From the NCBI GenBank assembly GCA_000002435.2, contig CM018789.1: a stretch of DNA of 64,000 nt; one strand, 5' to 3'. The DNA is from Giardia intestinalis. Taxonomy: Eukaryota. The notes under the pieces are model-generated. The model did no database searches. It was given only the letters and a program-made list of their open reading frames with translations, and had not been told where the DNA came from. Below are positions 37,893 to 48,200 of this stretch, piece by piece (within the stretch, counting starts at the first letter, position 1; every line of letters begins with the position of its first letter). The translations under genes were made by a program, and so were the position numbers.

Positions 37893-40800
37893 TTATGTGC
37901 GCTTGCACAGGAACCACCACAGGAGAAAACTGACCAGGCCTGTGACAAGGAGGATTGCTGTTACGGATACCCCGGCTATCATGGCCGTCTTCCTTGCCGA
38001 GCTCGGGGCTGGGGCTGGAACCGGATCTGGGACTGGATCTGGGCCGGGCTTGGGCGTCGGAATGATGCTCGGGAGCGCATCAAAGGAGTAGCAGAGGACG
38101 GATCCGACCTTGCCCTCAGGAGGCATGCAGCAAGTGCATCCGTTGACCCCTTTCATGCCGTTGTTGTCCGCACCGCACGCTGTGCATGTGAACGCCGATC
38201 CAGTTGTCGACTGGTAGTACCCTGTGTCACAGAGGGTGCACATCTGCGGATTGTCCGGGGCAATGCAGGTGACGCAGCCCTGGGCGCATTTCTGGCACTG
38301 GCCGTCCACGCTCACATACCCCAGCTTGCACCTCACACAGGCGTCGGCCGTGCATTCGGCGCAGTTTGCGATCGAGCACTCTTGAAGGATGCCCGACTCG
38401 CTGACCATCTTTCCGTGCGCGCCCTTGGTGCACACGCCCCTCTCCTCTGCATGGCAGACGGTGCGTCCAGGATATGTGTCCACCTGGTAGCATCCTCCCG
38501 ACAGGAGGAAGTATCCGTCTGCACAACTCGTGCAGGCGCCGTCGACCACAGAGACGCACGCAGACCCTGCCCGTGCGGAGGGCCCGACGCATTTGCCGTT
38601 CAGAGGGAACGCGGTCTGCACGCTGCATACAGAGCAGTAGCTTGCCCCGTCGATGCTCGCGTCGCACCTCTTGCAGCCGTCGGCTGACGGGGTACACGGT
38701 TTCTTGCACTCCCCGACCCCCGATTCAGACGTTACCGCGTAGCCCGACGGGCAAGACACGCAGCTACTGGGGCCCTTAGCTACGCAGGTGGCGCACGTGC
38801 TGTCGCAAGGAGTGCAGACTCCGTTGTCGGAGAAGTACCCGTCCGAGCACACAGCGCAAAAATTACCGGCTCCACACTCTTTGCAGTTCGAGATCTCACA
38901 CAGAGCGCACCTTGCGGGGCTCTTCTCCGTGGCATCAAGTGCGTAGTGCCCGGGAATGCTTCTGCAGTTGTCCACGCAGGTCCCCACACTGGTGAGGAAG
39001 AACCCGGGTCCACAACGCCGACACTTCTTGCCCTCAGTACACTCGGCGCAATCTGGGACCGTGCATGAACCCATGGTCTTGGTGGTGCATGTGCCTGCCT
39101 GATCCAGAACGTACCCGACCATGCAGTGTGTGCACACCTCCCCCTGGTCATCCATCCTGCACCGCTCGCAGTTCACCGTGGTACAGGGGCGGCAGACGCC
39201 GTCTTGGTTCTCATAGCCGGCGGCACATGCATTGCAAAGACCAAGACCGTAGTTGTTTCCATTAACGTAACCAGGAACACCTGCCCAGGTACAGATGCTT
39301 TTTCCGGGCTCCTTGCTCTCCTGGTAGCAGCCGCCCATGTACAGGAAATACCCCGCACCACACTGAAGACAGCTCCGCGCTGAGTCAAAACCTACGCCAG
39401 TCACGCAGCCACTGGGGTGTGCGCTTGCCACGTTAGTGCAAATGCCGTCCACAGGCGCGTGTTCATCTGTTTTGCACAAGCTACAGTACAGCTTCTCGCC
39501 TATTCCCACCACGCACGAACCCGCCGCGCAATTGGGGTCCTCACAGTGGGACAGGCACTTGCCACCAACTAATACATAGCCAGCTTTGCAAGCGATGCAT
39601 CTAACCGAGTCACCTTTCGCGCTACATTCTCTACAACCATTAATCCCTTTAGGATTGGTTGTGTCTCCACATTCGATGCATTGGCCACGGTTATACCCAG
39701 TAAGAACAAAGAAGTGTGTCCGGAGGTGACAAGATGTGCAGTCATTCTCTTCCGAGCCTCTACATGTAGCGCACCCCTCGCTACAAGGAAGGCATTTGAG
39801 AGCGAAGGGGTGTCCATACATCCCATAGCCACATTGCCACGCATCTACGCAAACTCCGATGTTTTTATGTATGGGCGATAAGTATTTTTTAGGATGACAT
39901 GTGAGGCATTGCTCTGGACTTTCTCCTACGCATGTCTTACAGTCATTGTGGCATCGTTTGCAAAACCTCGGATCGTAGTATCCGTCGATGCAGGATTCGC
40001 ACGTGTTTGTGTCTTGAGCACACGTCTTACAGTACGGGTCCCGGCAGCGTACGCAAATACCTTTATCATTCCGAAATCCACTTGCACATGTCTTACATAA
40101 CCCAATTTCCTCGGGCTTGGTCCCGACTTCTACGCAAACAAAGTTCTTCTCTTCGAGCTCTACCTGATAACATCCTCCTTGGTGAAAGAAGAAACCTGGA
40201 CCACACTTTTCGCAGCGTCCTTTGCTGGCAATGCAGGCGCGTCGGTTATTGGGCGTGAGTTCGGAACACATACCGTTGAGGGGCGCATGTCCTTCTTTGC
40301 AGCGAGAGCAGAGAAGCTCATTCCTCCAAACGACGTCACAGGCGTCTGCCTCACAATACTCAGATGGATCATCACATTCTTTCCTGCATTGTCCATCAAT
40401 AAGTAAACGGTTCGACTCGCACTCTGTGCACTCAACCACCCCGGGGGTACTGGGACGAGTGCAAGCCTTGCAATTTGCTACTCCTTTCCATCCAGCGTGT
40501 CCCTGCTCGTCTCCACAGGAAACACACCTCCCCGTTCCATTCTCTGCTGCCAGAAAATAGCCCTCCGATTCATTGCAAGAGGTGCAATCTGTTTCATTAG
40601 GTCCTTCGCAGGTTTGACACGCACCAGAGCATTTTTTGCATTGTCGCAGCTGAGTAGGGGCTACGTAGAAGCCAACTCCACACTGAGAGACGCAAACACG
40701 CTTGGTTGTTCCCTTAAGATACCCGCGACCACAAACTGCACACGAATCATCAGCCGCACACCTAGGGCAGTCTGGGATCTCGCATCTGTAGCAAATGTCT

Positions 40801-41348
40801 CCGTTCGGATTAGGCTTGTGTGTCGAGAGCTTACACTTGACACATAGGGCCACGTCAGGACCCTTAGACTTAGACGGCGAGAGGCAATGCAGGCAACCGG
40901 CAACTCCTACAAAGTCCGCCACTCCTGTTGTGTCATCACACCGAACACACGAATCGACTGTTTGCGACGCTGCAGGGTTCCTAAAGAAACCAGACGTACA
41001 AGACTTGCAAACTCCTTTATCGCACTCGCTACATATAAGGTTCCCGGGGTAAAGATTACCGCACGCGTAGCAGCCTCCTTTGTATAGATACATGGAGTCT
41101 GTACACATCCCGCACCTCTTTTCGCTTACAATGGGTGTACCATCTGCACTCTTGCATGAAGAGTGTTGCTCGCTATCATACTTAATGCAGTGTCCGTTGA
41201 AGGGTATGTAGCCAGCATTCCTACACTCTGTGCACAGCTCGTGGCCGTTGATCTCCTCGCAACGGTCCTCTGCGCAATCGCTGACCTGGTTGGAGTGTGT
41301 ACACTTCGCTGCTTGAAAGGCGATCAGCAGACCAAGGACCGCAAGCAT
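37893..41348 (-). CDS. High-cysteine membrane protein (HCMP; VSP-like CXXC-rich type-I membrane protein lacking the CRGKA tail)
   Basis: 1151 aa. Signal peptide MLAVLGLLIAFQAAKC. Dozens of CXXC/CXC motifs and several GGCY motifs (KGGCYAC, QGGCYQV, MGGCYQE, SGGCYQV). C-terminal TM AGVSVTAILLVTGLVSFLLWWFL, then a short cytoplasmic tail CKRT. Stop TAA at 37893-95, followed by AGTAAAT (Giardia AGTPuAAPy poly(A) signal) ~14 nt downstream. Confidence 0.9.
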   Translation of the reverse strand: MLAVLGLLIAFQAAKCTHSNQVSDCAEDRCEEINGHELCTECRNAGYIPFNGHCIKYDSEQHSSCKSADGTPIVSEKRCGMCTDSMYLYKGGCYACGNLYPGNLICSECDKGVCKSCTSGFFRNPAASQTVDSCVRCDDTTGVADFVGVAGCLHCLSPSKSKGPDVALCVKCKLSTHKPNPNGDICYRCEIPDCPRCAADDSCAVCGRGYLKGTTKRVCVSQCGVGFYVAPTQLRQCKKCSGACQTCEGPNETDCTSCNESEGYFLAAENGTGRCVSCGDEQGHAGWKGVANCKACTRPSTPGVVECTECESNRLLIDGQCRKECDDPSEYCEADACDVVWRNELLCSRCKEGHAPLNGMCSELTPNNRRACIASKGRCEKCGPGFFFHQGGCYQVELEEKNFVCVEVGTKPEEIGLCKTCASGFRNDKGICVRCRDPYCKTCAQDTNTCESCIDGYYDPRFCKRCHNDCKTCVGESPEQCLTCHPKKYLSPIHKNIGVCVDAWQCGYGMYGHPFALKCLPCSEGCATCRGSEENDCTSCHLRTHFFVLTGYNRGQCIECGDTTNPKGINGCRECSAKGDSVRCIACKAGYVLVGGKCLSHCEDPNCAAGSCVVGIGEKLYCSLCKTDEHAPVDGICTNVASAHPSGCVTGVGFDSARSCLQCGAGYFLYMGGCYQESKEPGKSICTWAGVPGYVNGNNYGLGLCNACAAGYENQDGVCRPCTTVNCERCRMDDQGEVCTHCMVGYVLDQAGTCTTKTMGSCTVPDCAECTEGKKCRRCGPGFFLTSVGTCVDNCRSIPGHYALDATEKSPARCALCEISNCKECGAGNFCAVCSDGYFSDNGVCTPCDSTCATCVAKGPSSCVSCPSGYAVTSESGVGECKKPCTPSADGCKRCDASIDGASYCSVCSVQTAFPLNGKCVGPSARAGSACVSVVDGACTSCADGYFLLSGGCYQVDTYPGRTVCHAEERGVCTKGAHGKMVSESGILQECSIANCAECTADACVRCKLGYVSVDGQCQKCAQGCVTCIAPDNPQMCTLCDTGYYQSTTGSAFTCTACGADNNGMKGVNGCTCCMPPEGKVGSVLCYSFDALPSIIPTPKPGPDPVPDPVPAPAPSSARKTAMIAGVSVTAILLVTGLVSFLLWWFLCKRT

Positions 41349-41642
41349 TTAAATATAAACCAACGGAATATAATAAACTACATACTGCAAAAGTACAGAA
41401 CTAGGACTTTTGTCAGTAAAGTATACGCCACACCTCTGTCTGTAATTCTTGTGGGCAGTTGTTTGTAGAGAACAATTCTGAGATTTCCTCTTAAGATTGC
41501 AGGTAGGTCCAATCGGCGTTTCAGCTCACATCGCAGAAACCACCATATTATCTCCCTACGGTATGCTGCGTAGAATTGCTCGATTTATGACCATCAACCC
41601 TTAGATTTCTACTTACACTACATTTCGGCTTTCTCAGCGTTT

Positions 41643-42245
41643 ATGACGTTTTTATCGATTCTTGCAAAGGAAATAGGCAGTCCAGATTTGTGTGTCGAGC
41701 CTCGAGCATGCAGTTTGGATTTAACGTTGCAGAGGCCTTCGGACTCCGGCGGTCCTCCTTACAAATCAGTCACTAAGAAGTATGCCTCTCAGGCAGTAGA
41801 AGAAGATCAAAACCGTCTTGGACAGCGTGTAGGGCGATTTTCATGTAGCACAGGGTCTCCCAGCCTTGTAACTAGCCTGGCATTCATTCGCGATTCCCAC
41901 CACTTCTTGTTCTTAGCTGTCGATGAGGACCAGTGCCTCGGGATCCTGAAGGGAGGCATCAAGCATCTCTTTATGCTCGACAGCCAGAGCGAGACCCGCG
42001 AGATGGACGCGATGTGTTGCCTGGACTTCTACACCCATGAGACGGTGCAGCGCCGAGGGATCGGAACACGGCTCTTCCGCGCCATGGGGCTTCACACGCA
42101 TATCTCCGCTCAGGGCTGGGTTTTTGATCGACCCTCTCCGAAGTTGCTGGCCTTCCTCTCGAAGGTGTACGACATGCATGACTTCAAGGCCCAACCCAAC
42201 AACTTCCTCATGCTGGATGCATCCATTCGTCTTTGGGGGGGCTGA
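41643..42245 (+). CDS. ATAT1: Alpha-tubulin N-acetyltransferase (ATAT1/MEC-17)
   Basis: GILKGGIKHLFMLD...MCCLDFYTHETVQRRGIGTRLFRAM...VFDRPSPKLLAFLSKVYDMHDFKAQPNNFLML, compare human ATAT1 AIIGFIKVGYKKLFVLD...[25 protein letters not shown]...[32 protein letters not shown]. ATG at 41643. 200 aa. Confidence 0.85.
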   Translation: MTFLSILAKEIGSPDLCVEPRACSLDLTLQRPSDSGGPPYKSVTKKYASQAVEEDQNRLGQRVGRFSCSTGSPSLVTSLAFIRDSHHFLFLAVDEDQCLGILKGGIKHLFMLDSQSETREMDAMCCLDFYTHETVQRRGIGTRLFRAMGLHTHISAQGWVFDRPSPKLLAFLSKVYDMHDFKAQPNNFLMLDASIRLWGG

Positions 42246-42822
42246 GTTCAAGCAGTACAGGCGCAGCAAAAAGCACTATATTCCAGATGCATACCTACTT
42301 CCGGAGACCCGGGAAAGCGAGTATCTGGGCGAGGCGGAGCTTACCAAGAGGACGCTCATCAGGAAGTCAACAGCCGTCATTCCCCAAACTAAAACCACTC
42401 AATCAGAGGATGCGCCAGCTCGCGCCTTGACGGCAGATGAACTCCTGTCCAAGCGCTCTGTTGTTCTGCCCACAGCAAGCAGGACCCCTTCCCTTCCGAA
42501 TTAGCCCCAGTCCGTGGCAGTCGCATACATGAATAAACGTAAATGATAATGATTCACTTTACCCCTGGCTATGCCCAGTGCTGTGCTGCTGGAACCTACC
42601 TGTGGGCGTACTCAAGGACCTCACAGGTAAATTGTCGCTCAATTTTTGGCGATGTCCGGAGACGAGGGTTGGTCGTTGATGATATAACGAGAGAATCCTC
42701 TCCATTGATATATCCAGAGCCTGGTGCGCTCCTCTGCCGTTTCGCGGGCGTGTGCTCAGGCTGAGAGTGTGTGTCGGCCCTTTCGGGGTTCAGCTTACTT
42801 ACCCATCTGCGTCGTCCACCAG

Positions 42823-43110
42823 TGGCGCCTCTCCTTGGTCTGCCGCCTTGGTGGGTGAGGCTCTGGTCACTGTCCTTTTTTAGATGCCCCGTCTGCCAGG
42901 GGCTGCCACCGGGCTCTCCGCTGGCTGGGCCCTCGGTGTCCAGTCAGCTGTGGTCCTGGGCAGTGGTCCCACAGTCGCGGTCGCTTGGGTCCCATAGCGG
43001 GTCCGGCTGGTGGGTGAGGCGGGTGGTGGGTGAGGACTGGTGGGGGCTGAGGTGGGCTGTGTCGTATGTGCCTCTGGGTCTGATGGGCCAGTGTGGCGGT
43101 GGGTGATCCC
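42823..43110 (+). repeat. Left arm of a ~290-bp inverted repeat (GC-rich). The G-rich strand is the + strand here.
   Basis: 42823-~43000 is ~90% identical to the reverse complement of ~44735-44913: gtggcgcctctccttggtctgccgccttggtgggtgaggctctggtc...ccacagtcgcggtcgcttgggtccc. Similarity continues with indels to ~43110 and, more weakly, to ~43200. Confidence 0.8.
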
Positions 43111-44629
43111 CACTCTATTTGCCAAGGTGGCTGTGTCTGATCCCCAGCCTTCGTTGCACTCCTGAGACACAGACACCGACGATCGTGTTGTGTCCCCCTG
43201 ACTGAGTGCCTCCCTTGGCCTCTGCATGTCCCAGGCAGTATTGCCTCTCTGTCTGGCTGGTGCGTGAGGGTTGAGGCAGGCCATCGCAGCCCCTCCTGAT
43301 GCTCTGTGCGGGTCTGCTAGGCCCCTGGTATGCCCTGTCCAGTGCCTCGATGGGTGCAGTTCACCTCGGGCCAGCAGGGGCATGGATGATCCTGTGGATG
43401 GGATGAGTTCTCTCATGCCTCTAGTGTGATGGCCCAGAAGACTGGCACGGTGGGGCACTGGTGACTGGAGGGTCCCCGTGACCAACTGTGCTGCTCCTGG
43501 TGGGTCCTCGTTGTGGAGTGCTGTGTGTTGTTCATAGGCAGGCTGATCCTCCTTGGTCTCAGGATGCTCTACCATGCAGAGAGGAGCACACTGAGGGTCA
43601 CCCATACCTCACCTGCTGTGTCCTCTTGGGAGTTCCCGATGTGTCACAGGACCTTGCCACCTCTCGTGGCTCTGATGACCCCTCGAGGAGAGCCGGGGTG
43701 TCCTATGCCAGGGGAGGCGTGCACCCTCCTGCATGAGCTGGGACCCACTGCACTGCCCTCAAGGAGGTCTGCTATGAGAGGCAGTGGGATGATTGACGGC
43801 CCCAGAGTGCGGTGGAGGGTGCTCGTGGTCGTCTCTGTGATCGGGCATCACTCTGATGGTCAGCCCTGTGCCTGTATAGTGCTCAGAGGTCACCTATGCT
43901 CCATCGCCTGCTGGACAGCCGGGCCTCTTGTGGCATCCGAAGGCCTCCTCGCTCCTCTGGCTGCTGCCCCCTCGGGTCATCGGTGGAGGCCAGCGGAGTC
44001 TTCGGTGAGTCTGGTGCCTGCCTGGGTGTCATGGGGGGTTGGCAGCTGTCAAGGCTCTGCCACTGCTCACCTGCCTGGAGTGTGCCTCCCTTGGGCCTGC
44101 TGTGCTGTAGTGTTTGAGTCCTCTGGCTTCCTATCAGGCCCTGGTTGTGAGGGTGACTCCACCTGGCCCTCTGATGCCCCTGTGGATGAGCATGGCAATG
44201 TGTCTGGCTGGGGATCTCTAGTGCCCGTGTCTGTCACTGCCTCTCGGTGCTCGGGTGGTTGCCTGGTGCTCTCGTATGGGGCACAGTCAGCGTGTCCCGA
44301 GTAGACTCCAGTCCTCTCTGGGTCCACACAGTCTGTCCGTGTGTGGATGGTCCTCCTGCACTCATGTCCATCTGTGTGCACTGTCACCCAGTCTCGAGAG
44401 CAGACCAGTGCAGTCGCCAGGGCTGCTGTCAGAGGGAGTCGTCTGCCACTACCATCGCTCGAGCAGACTCTACAGCTCAGGCTGGTTGCTGTGCACCCTC
44501 ATCTCTCATGGCAGGGCTGCCTGACTCCCCTTGGTCACCCTCTCTGTCCCGGTGTGCACGGCTCCTGAGGGTTGTCTGGGTGGAGGCACTCACAGACCAC
44601 GAGTTCACAGAGGGATGAGTCACAAGGGG

Positions 44630-44915
44630 ACAGCCTCCAGTCACCACAGCTGCAATCACCCCAGCCCACCGGACCCAGGGGCACATACGAACACCCCCCG
44701 GTCCCCTCCAGCCCCCGCATCCCCACCAGCCGGCCCGCTGGGACCCAAGCGACCGCGACTGTGGGACCACTGCCCAGGACCACAGCTGCCCGGACACCGA
44801 GGGCCCAGCCAGCGGAGAGCCCGGTGGCAGCCCCTGGCAGACGGGAGCATCTAAAAAAGACGGCGACCAGAGCCTCACCCACCAGGACGGCAGACCAAGG
44901 AGAGGCGCCACGGGT
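44630..44915 (-). repeat. Right arm of the inverted repeat. It contains a canonical G-quadruplex motif on the - strand.
   Basis: The reverse complement of 44913..44690 reads cccgtggcgcctctccttggtctgccgtcctggtgggtgaggctctggtcgccgtcttttttagatgctcccgtctgccaggggctgcc... At ~44690-44730 the - strand has GGGGatgcGGGGGctggaGGGGaccGGGGGG. Confidence 0.8.
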
Positions 44916-45174
44916 AGAGCGGAGAGTCTACAAGAAGGCCTGAATCCAAGGCAGACCGACGTGCATACTCAGACTGAGCACACACCCGCGAAACAGTAGA
45001 GGAGCGCACCAGACTCTAGATGCATCACCGGAGAGGACTCTCTCATTATGTTATCCACGACCAACTCTTGCCTCCGGACGGCCAGGACTTGAACGAAAAT
45101 TTACTCGTGAGACTTTTGGACACACCATCAGGCGGACCTATCAGCACATCTACACAAGCTACGCACAGTAACGC

Positions 45175-45189
45175 GTTTACTACCTAAGT
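45175..45189 (-). promoter_or_regulatory. VSP-type extended polyadenylation signal ACTTAGGTAGTAAAC, 15-29 nt downstream of the VSP stop codon
   Basis: The reverse complement of 45175-45189 is acttaggtagtaaac, matching the published VSP 3' consensus ACTYAGRTAGTRAAY that embeds AGTRAAY. Confidence 0.6.
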
Positions 45190-45203
45190 ACACAGCTAAG
45201 TAT

Positions 45204-48200
45204 CTACGCTTTGCCTCTACAGAGGAACCACCAGCAGAGGAAGCCGACAAGCCCTCCGACGACAACGATCACGGCGACGGAGATACCCGCGATGGCACCA
45301 GTGGAAAGGCCGCTCTTGTTCGTGCTTCCGCCGGCACTGTCACCGTTCATGAGGTAGCAGAGAACGGAGCCAGTACTAGACGATGGAGGAGCGCAGTTTA
45401 AGCAGCCAGCAACTCCCTTGACACTTCCACTGTTGCTGTCACACGAAGTGCATGGTCCAGCTGCTGATCCGACCATATAGTACCCAGCTGCGCATGACGT
45501 ACACTTATCAGAGCTATCTGCAGCTGAACATGTCTTGCAGGTCGAGTGACACGAAGGGCATGCTCCATCATTGGGCTGAAGACTATTGGCGCACGTTTCA
45601 CACTTACCAGCGCTACTGGCTAGCGTGCATATCTGTATGCCAGGTTGTCTGTCAGTCTTATAGCAGCCGTTGTCCTGACGGAAGTACCCACTGGCACACG
45701 TAGCGCAGCCTCCCTGATTGTCCTTTTTCGAGCATACGGGCGCGCGGGCATTGTCTGCCTTGCAAACTCCGTTGACGGGGACCTCCGTGGATGTGCTGCA
45801 CTTCGAGCAATACTTTGTCCCTCCGATGGTGGCTCCGCAGATCTCGCATCCGCTAGCTCCACTCTGGGGCTTGCACCCGTCCACGCAAGTACCACTTGAT
45901 GGACTGTTCTCATCTGTATACTGAAGCATCTTCCCAGCCGGACAGGCTGTGCACTGATTAGCATCAGCACCCTTGCACTCTGCGCACGCGTCGTTGCACT
46001 TCTTGCAGGTCTTTTTGCCACTATCGTCTCCGTAGTAGCCCTTGAGGGTCGTGCAGTCAGATACGCATTGACTGGTTGGGGTGAGGTAGTTGCCGTCATT
46101 ACATTCAGTGCAGACCTCGTTGTCGGTCTTCGGGTTATCGCAGGCCTTGCAGTTGGGAGTATTGCAGCCAGCAGGCGCGTCCGCACAGGTGTTCGCGTCC
46201 GCCCCGTTGCCGTACGGGCACTTATCGTAGCATCCGCCCATGTAGAGCCTCTGCGCGCCCGTGCAGGCCGCGCAGGTTCCTTCCTGGGCGTTCGCACCGG
46301 CCGTGCACAGGGGCGCGTCCCCCTTCGCCTTGCACTCTCCGTTCACCGGGACCTTGCCTCCCGTGCATTTGGAACAGAAGGTCTGGCCCTCAATCACCAC
46401 GTTGCAGCTGTCAGGGGCGCAGCTTGTCGCGTCCGGGCTCTGGGGGTTGCACGAGGCTGGGCCAGCAGGCGCGTCCGCACAGGTGTTCGTGTCCGCCCCG
46501 TTGCCGTACGGGCACTTATCGTAGCATCCGCCCATGTAGAGCCTCTGCGCGCCCGTGCAGGCCGTGCAGGTTCCTTCCTGGGCGTTCGCACCGGCCGTGC
46601 ACAGGGGCGCGTCCCCCTTCGCCTTGCACTCTCCGTTCACCGGGACCTTGCCTCCCGTGCATTTGGAACAGAAGGTCTGGCCCTCAATCACCACGTTGCA
46701 GCTGTCAGGGGCGCAGCTTGTCGCGTCCGGGCTCTGGGGGTTGCACGAGGCTGGGCCAGCAGGCGCGTCCGCACAGGTGTTCGCGTCCGCCCCGTTGCCG
46801 TACGGGCACTTATCGTAGCATCCGCCCATGTAGAGCCTCTGCGCGCCCGTGCAGGCCGTGCAGGTTCCTTCCTGGGCGTTCGCACCGGCCGTGCACAGGG
46901 GCGCGTCCCCCTTCGCCTTGCACTCTCCGTTCACCGGGACCTTGCCTCCCGTGCATTTGGAACAGAAGGTCTGGCCCTCAATCACCACGTTGCAGCTGTC
47001 AGGGGCGCAGCTTGTCGCGTCCGGGCTCTGGGGGTTGCACGAGGCTGGGCCAGCAGGCGCGTCCGCACAGGTGTTCGCGTCCGCCCCGTTGCCGTACGGG
47101 CACTTATCGTAGCATCCGCCCATGTAGAGCCTCTGCGCGCCCGTGCAGGCCGTGCAGGTTCCTTCCTGGGCGTTCGCACCGGCCGTGCACAGGGGCGCGT
47201 CCCCCTTCGCCTTGCACTCTCCGTTCACCGGGACCTTGCCTCCCGTGCATTTGGAACAGAAGGTCTGGCCCTCAATCACCACGTTGCAGCTGTCAGGGGC
47301 GCAGCTTGTCGCGTCCGGGCTCTGGGGGTTGCACGAGGCTGGGCCAGCAGGCGCGTCCGCACAGGTGTTCGCGTCCGCCCCGTTGCCGTACGGGCACTTA
47401 TCGTAGCATCCGCCCATGTAGAGCCTCTGCGCGCCCGTGCAGGCCGTGCAGGTTCCTTCCTGGGCGTTCGCACCGGCCGTGCACAGGGGCGCGTCCCCCT
47501 TCGCCTTGCACTCTCCGTTCACCGGGACCTTGCCTCCCGTGCATTTGGAACAGAAGGTCTGGCCCTCAATCACCACGTTGCAGCTGTCAGGGGCGCAGCT
47601 TGTCGCGTCCGGGCTCTGGGGGTTGCACGAGGCTGGGCCAGCAGGCGCGTCCGCACAGGTGTTCGCGTCCGCCCCGTTGCCGTACGGGCACTTATCGTAG
47701 CATCCGCCCATGTAGAGCCTCTGCGCGCCCGTGCAGGCCGTGCAGGTTCCTTCCTGGGCGTTCGCACCGGCCGTGCACAGGGGCGCGTCCCCCTTCGCCT
47801 TGCACTCTCCGTTCACCGGGACCTTGCCTCCCGTGCATTTGGAACAGAAGGTCTGGCCCTCAATCACCACGTTGCAGCTGTCAGGGGCGCAGCTTGTCGC
47901 GTCCGGGCTCTGGGGGTTGCACGAGGCTGGGCCAGCAGGCGCGTCCGCACAGGTGTTCGCGTCCGCCCCGTTGCCGTACGGGCACTTATCGTAGCATCCG
48001 CCCATGTAGAGCCTCTGCGCGCCCGTGCAGGCCGTGCAGGTTCCTTCCTGGGCGTTCGCACCGGCCGTGCACAGGGGCGCGTCCCCCTTCGCCTTGCACT
48101 CTCCGTTCACCGGGACCTTGCCTCCCGTGCATTTGGAACAGAAGGTCTGGCCCTCAATCACCACGTTGCAGCTGTCAGGGGCGCAGCTTGTCGCGTCCGG

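Noticed and set aside
38227-40903. Multiple 60-160-aa ORFs on both strands inside the HCMP gene
   Set aside because: They are shadow ORFs of a GC-rich, Cys-codon-rich gene. The 1151-aa sense frame has clear signal peptide, CXXC periodicity and C-terminal TM.
42500-45200. The GC-rich block as an rDNA fragment, a telomere-associated repeat, or protein-coding genes (ORFs 42880..43605 -, 43513..44304 +, 44067..44387 -, 44477..44911 - and others)
   Set aside because: It has no conserved rRNA motifs (for example the GTACACACCGCCCGTCGCT region) and no TAGGG telomeric repeats. The ORFs overlap each other on both strands, have non-Giardia composition, and the two arm-ORFs (42771..43106 + and 44477..44911 -) are simply the same inverted-repeat sequence read on opposite strands.
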